Shown here in pieces: positions 59,925 through 64,000 of a stretch of 64,000 nt of DNA. A model generated the notes under the pieces. That model searched no databases. It was not told the DNA's origin and worked only from the letters and a program-made list of their open reading frames with translations. The first letter of the stretch is position 1; each line of letters begins with the position of its first letter. Source of the stretch: an uncultured Acidobacteriota bacterium (GTDB taxonomy: Bacteria; Acidobacteriota; JAQAZP01); NCBI GenBank assembly GCA_963836075.1, contig CAWIIB010000009.1, forward strand, positions 2,464,001-2,528,000, written 5' to 3'. The position numbers and the translations under genes are program-made.

Positions 59925-61772
59925 TCAATGCTTCCTGGCCACCACCAGTGTCAGGTCGTCATGGGGCTTCAGCCCCCTCTGGAAGCGGTGCACCTCGTCG
60001 AGGATGCCCCGGCAGATGCGGCCGGCGTCCTGATGGCGCAGGCGGTGGGCCGTTTCGCAGATCCGTTCTTCGCCAAATTCCTCCCCTTCGGGGTTGAAGG
60101 CCTCGGAAAGGCCGTCGGTGAAGAGGAGCAGCAGGTCTCCGGGGGCCAGTAGCGCCTCGTGGCACTGGTAGGGGACGTTCTCGAACAGCCCGAGCACCAT
60201 GCCTCCGCCCATCAGCTCCCTGGACGTGCCATCGGGGCTGATGTGCAGTGGCGGGTTGTGGCCGGCGTTGATGAACTCCATCCGGCCCGAGCATGTTTCC
60301 AGCACGCCGAAAAAGAAGGAGACAAAGCGGTTCGCCTCGGTGCTGCGGTAGAGCAGGTTGTTGATCATTCCGATCAGCGCGTCCGGGGCCAGCCCCGGCT
60401 GCATGGTCAGGGCGCGGAGCGAGGCCTGCACCGAGGCCATGACCAGCGAGGCCGGGGTGCTCTTGCCGGTCACGTCCCCCACCACCAGCCCCAGCCGGCC
60501 CGGGCCGTAGTCGATGAAGTCGTGGTAGTCCCCGCCCACCTCGTAGCAGGGCATGCTCACCTGGGCCAGGTCCAGTCCCTCCACCAGCGGAACGGTGGCC
60601 GGCAGCAGGCTCTTCTGGATGTTGCGGGCGATGGAGAGCTCTTTCTCCAGGCGCTCCTTCTCCACCATCTGGGTGTGCAACTGGGCGTTGTCCATCGCGG
60701 TCACCGCCTGGGCGCAGAGCGTGGAGACAAACTCACGATCCTTGTGGGTCAGCGCGGCGCCGGTGAGCTTGCGGCCCACCGCCAGCAGGTCGCGCTGCGG
60801 CCCACTGGTGCGCAGGGGGAAGAAGCAGCTCAGTTCCCAGGCGGAGAGCAGCCGGGCCAGGGCAGGGCTCAGCCGGCGGACGGTTGCCAGTTCGCAGTGC
60901 TCGCCGGCCGCCTGGTCCAGTTTTGTGGTGTCGATGCCGGCCAGGCGTTTGCGGTCCTTGTCCGCCAGGGGCAGGCCCCGTTTCAGCGGAACGGTCAGCC
61001 CGCCACCCCCGGCGGCCCAGCTGAGCACCAGGCACCGCTTCACCGCGGTCTGACCCACCAGGGAGTTCACCGCCACCTTGAGGATGTCCTCGGGGTCAAA
61101 GGAGGAGACCAGCTCCCGGCTGACATCGAAGAGGCTGGAGAGCTGAAGGATTTTCAACTGCAGGTCGCGGTTCAGGCCGCGCACCTCCTCGTAGACCAGC
61201 CCGTTTTCGATGGCGGTGGCGGCGATGGAGGCCAGGGAGGCGAGATAGTGCAGGTCGCCTTTCTCGTAGGGCAGGCCGGTGGCCCGGCGGCCGAAGCCGG
61301 CCGCGCCGATGAACTTCTCCCTGTGCCATACCGGGACCAGCAGGGCCAGTCCCAGCGGCTCCAGCGCCGGGTCGGCAAAGAGGGCGGGCAGGCCGCCGCG
61401 CTGTTTCCGGCCAATGCTGTCGGGCGCCCGCACCGGCCGTTTGAACGGCCGCCGGATACGGACCTGCCGGCCCCGGGCGCCGGCGGCGCCGGGACCGCGG
61501 CAGTTGCGGACGGTCATGGTCCCCGGCTGCTCCTGGACCAGCACCACGCCGGTGGTGGTCAACATCTTGCCCATGGCGGTGAGCAGGAAGACGTCCAGGG
61601 TTTCGCCCAGGTCCAGCGAGGAGTTCACCGTGTCGGCGAATTCCAGCCTCGACATCATCGCCACGATGCGGGAGTGCAGGCCGCCGCCGTCATCCGGCGA
61701 GTCGGACTCGCCGATGCGGACCAGCAGGTCGCGGCACAGTTCGGACAGTCTGTCATCCTGGGTGTTCATCAC
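59925..61772 (-). CDS. RsbU/SpoIIE-type PP2C phosphatase with two GAF domains
   Basis: ELSIARNIQ.SLLP, VGGDYHD, GDVTGK, NAGHNPP, FTDGL, DDLT. Confidence 0.9.
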   Translation of the reverse strand: MMNTQDDRLSELCRDLLVRIGESDSPDDGGGLHSRIVAMMSRLEFADTVNSSLDLGETLDVFLLTAMGKMLTTTGVVLVQEQPGTMTVRNCRGPGAAGARGRQVRIRRPFKRPVRAPDSIGRKQRGGLPALFADPALEPLGLALLVPVWHREKFIGAAGFGRRATGLPYEKGDLHYLASLASIAATAIENGLVYEEVRGLNRDLQLKILQLSSLFDVSRELVSSFDPEDILKVAVNSLVGQTAVKRCLVLSWAAGGGGLTVPLKRGLPLADKDRKRLAGIDTTKLDQAAGEHCELATVRRLSPALARLLSAWELSCFFPLRTSGPQRDLLAVGRKLTGAALTHKDREFVSTLCAQAVTAMDNAQLHTQMVEKERLEKELSIARNIQKSLLPATVPLVEGLDLAQVSMPCYEVGGDYHDFIDYGPGRLGLVVGDVTGKSTPASLVMASVQASLRALTMQPGLAPDALIGMINNLLYRSTEANRFVSFFFGVLETCSGRMEFINAGHNPPLHISPDGTSRELMGGGMVLGLFENVPYQCHEALLAPGDLLLLFTDGLSEAFNPEGEEFGEERICETAHRLRHQDAGRICRGILDEVHRFQRGLKPHDDLTLVVARKH

Positions 61773-61804
61773 GGTCCGTGATCGATGGTGCGTGTGGCCG
61801 GTGG

Positions 61805-62278
61805 TCAGTCACCGCCTGCCGGCACGGTTTCCGAAGCGCCAGGCGGGTTGCGGTATTTCCACATGCAGCACTCGTGCTCCATGCCGGCGCCCTGGTCGAA
61901 CTCCACCCGGTCCATCAACTTGTTCATCAGTGTCAGTCCCAGCCCGCCGCGGCGCCGTTCGGCGATGTACTTTTCCAGGTCCGGTTTTTCCACCGCAGTG
62001 AGGTCCACCTGGTTGCCGCCGTGCCGGATGTCGATGCGCAGGGCGTCGGCGGTGACGGTGTAGCCGATCTGGATCTGGTGCCCGCCCTGGCTGGCGTAGG
62101 AGTGGCGGATCACGTTGGTCACCGCCTCATCAACCGCCAGGGCCATCTGTTCGCAGGTTTTTTTGGGGAATCCGGCCAGCAGCGAGGCACTGCGGGTGAG
62201 ATTGGTCACCATGTGCAGGTAGCGGGTGTCGCTGGGAATAACGACTTCGATTGATCCCTGGTTGATGGTTTTGACCAT
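61805..62278 (-). CDS. RsbW-like anti-sigma kinase (HATPase_c)
   Basis: LAVDEAVTNVIRHSY, GGLGLTLM. Confidence 0.88.
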   Translation of the reverse strand: MVKTINQGSIEVVIPSDTRYLHMVTNLTRSASLLAGFPKKTCEQMALAVDEAVTNVIRHSYASQGGHQIQIGYTVTADALRIDIRHGGNQVDLTAVEKPDLEKYIAERRRGGLGLTLMNKLMDRVEFDQGAGMEHECCMWKYRNPPGASETVPAGGD

Positions 62279-62385
62279 GAACGTGATCCCGCCTGAACGT
62301 CGCCGGTTACCGTTGCCGGCGGCCAACATGTTTGGCTGCTCCGGGGTCTTGCTGAAGGGTTTCGGGGTCGAACCGCCGGCTTAGT

Positions 62386-62739
62386 CTAGTCTTCGATGGA
62401 AAAGCTGCTCAGCGCTTCGGCCTCGTCTCCGAAAATCTTGTAGAGATGGGTGAAACCAAGGATGTCGAATATATTGAAGATGTTCTCACTCATGTTTGAC
62501 AGCTTGATGTCACCCTCGTTCTCCCTTACCTCATCGATAACCCCCATCAGCGCGCCCAGACCGGCACTCGAGATGTACCTCAGATCGGCACAGTTTATAA
62601 CGATGCGGTAAGACTTTCGTTCCACCTGTTCCTGGAGGACCTGCTCGAAAGAGCGAACAGTGTGGGCGTTGATGAAGCCCCGGGGATAGACGAGGATCAC
62701 GTCACCCTCGGTTTTAAGGTCCACGTTTAAATCCGCCAT
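62386..62739 (-). CDS. RsbV-like STAS anti-anti-sigma factor
   Basis: LRYISSAGLGALM, FDILGF. Confidence 0.9.
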   Translation of the reverse strand: MADLNVDLKTEGDVILVYPRGFINAHTVRSFEQVLQEQVERKSYRIVINCADLRYISSAGLGALMGVIDEVRENEGDIKLSNMSENIFNIFDILGFTHLYKIFGDEAEALSSFSIED

Positions 62740-62856
62740 CAGCGAACTCCTGGTTGCCACTTCTGTAGATAACCTCTATCTAAAGGAAAGAAAATCATAC
62801 CGTCTCCCTGCGGCCAATGCAACCGCCGGTGTCCCGGGGTGTGTCCCGGGGAGCGG

Positions 62857-63999
62857 TCACCGCTTCCAGATCGAGGGGATGAAAAGACAGAGGACGGTAA
62901 ACAGTTCCAGCCGCCCGAAGAGCATGCAGGCGCAGAGGATCCATTTGCCGGTATCCGGGATCCAGGCAAAGGTGCAGGTGGGGCCCACCAGGCCCAGCCC
63001 CGGGCCGATGTTGCCCAGGGTGGCGGCCACCGCGCTGAACGCGGTGACCGGATCCAGCCCCAGGGCGGTCATGGCCAGGGTGGCGGTGACAAAGATGAAG
63101 ACGAAGATGCAGAAAAAGGTGTTCACCGTCTGCACCACTTCGCTGCTCACCGGAGTGCGGTTCAGCTTGAGCTGTTTGACGGCGTGGGGGCGGAAAGCCC
63201 GGTAGGTGACCACATACGCGTTTTTGACCACGATGATCAACCGCGCCACCTTGATCCCCCCGCCCGTCGAACCGGCCGAGCCGCCGACGACCATCAGCGC
63301 CACCAGCAGCAGGCGGGAGAAGGCCGGCCACTGGTCGAAGTCAGCGGTTCCGAACCCGGTGGTGGTCATGATCGAAACCACGCTGAAGCCCGCGTTGCGC
63401 GTGTTCTCCAGCAGTGTCTCACCTGCGGGGCCGGCCAGGCTGAGGTTGGCAACGATCAGCAGGGTCGCCCCCAGCAGGATGGCGGTGTAGACCCGGAATT
63501 CGCTGTCCCTGAAATAGGCCGACAGCGACCGTTTGGTCAGCAGGCGGTGGTGCAACGAAAAGTTGGCGCCGGCGATGAACATCACCGCGATGATCACCGC
63601 CTCGATGTAGAAACTGCCGAAAGCGCCGATGCTCTCGTTCCTGGTGGAGAACCCACCGGTGGCGATGGTGGTGCAGGTGTGACAGACCGCCTCGTGGAAC
63701 GACATGCCCCCCAGGGCCAGCAATGCCGTCTGGACGACGCTGATGCCGAGATAGATCAGCCACAGCGCCCGGGCCGTCTGCTGGATCCTGGGGGTCAGGC
63801 CTTCCTTCACCGGTCCGGGCACCTCGCCCTTGAACATCTGGCGCACCCCCACGCCGATGTAGGGCAGGATGGCGATGAAGAGGACGATGATCCCCATTCC
63901 GCCCAGCCACTGGGTGAAGCTGCGCCAGAAGAGCATCCCCTTGGAGAGCGCGGTCACGTCGGTGATCACCGTGGCGCCGGTGGTGGTGAAGCCGGACAT
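62857..63999 (-). CDS. trkH: TrkH potassium uptake protein (5' end outside the window)
   Basis: SGFTTTGAT, QWLGGMG, ATGGFS, TTTGF, GSTGGGIK, GNIGPG, FGRLE. Confidence 0.93.
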   Translation of the reverse strand: MSGFTTTGATVITDVTALSKGMLFWRSFTQWLGGMGIIVLFIAILPYIGVGVRQMFKGEVPGPVKEGLTPRIQQTARALWLIYLGISVVQTALLALGGMSFHEAVCHTCTTIATGGFSTRNESIGAFGSFYIEAVIIAVMFIAGANFSLHHRLLTKRSLSAYFRDSEFRVYTAILLGATLLIVANLSLAGPAGETLLENTRNAGFSVVSIMTTTGFGTADFDQWPAFSRLLLVALMVVGGSAGSTGGGIKVARLIIVVKNAYVVTYRAFRPHAVKQLKLNRTPVSSEVVQTVNTFFCIFVFIFVTATLAMTALGLDPVTAFSAVAATLGNIGPGLGLVGPTCTFAWIPDTGKWILCACMLFGRLELFTVLCLFIPSIWKR

Positions 64000-64000
64000 G

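Noticed and set aside
59925-62739. Novel partner-switching system
   Set aside because: Ordinary RsbV/RsbW/RsbU-like module. Absence of an adjacent sigma factor is common.

Overview
High-GC bacterial chromosome segment; gene content suggests an Acidobacteriota-like lineage (inference). The backbone is housekeeping: B12-radical SAM, rlmH, acyl-CoA enzymes, murJ, an RlmI-like methylase, split LKR/SDH saccharopine enzymes, tRNA-Gly/Cys/Leu, glgB, GH57, yraN, ECF/anti-sigma, cysS, RsbU/W/V-like genes and trkH. An accessory island of about 11 kb (approx. 4.8-15.85 kb) interrupts it. The island holds two near-identical IS91/ISCR-like rolling-circle elements that appear to target CAT(G/C), a heavily frameshifted secreted beta-helix protein, an ECF sigma/Ser-Thr kinase-TPR pair, a terminase-small-subunit-like fragment and BrnT/BrnA. 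Best candidates for undescribed systems: (1) one ~330-aa C-terminal FG-GAP-like propeller fused to three unrelated secreted proteins, a possible lineage-specific sorting/anchoring module; (2) a sigma-54 activator with a catalytically dead DHH-like sensor facing a pentapeptide-repeat gene, with -24/-12 and paired UAS visible; (3) a beta-helix repeat array with invariant DNA blocks and hypervariable loops; (4) an unannotated 21-aa hydrophobic peptide gene with an ECF-like promoter. Several frameshifts may be long-read or consensus errors. All calls are by eye; no database searches were run.
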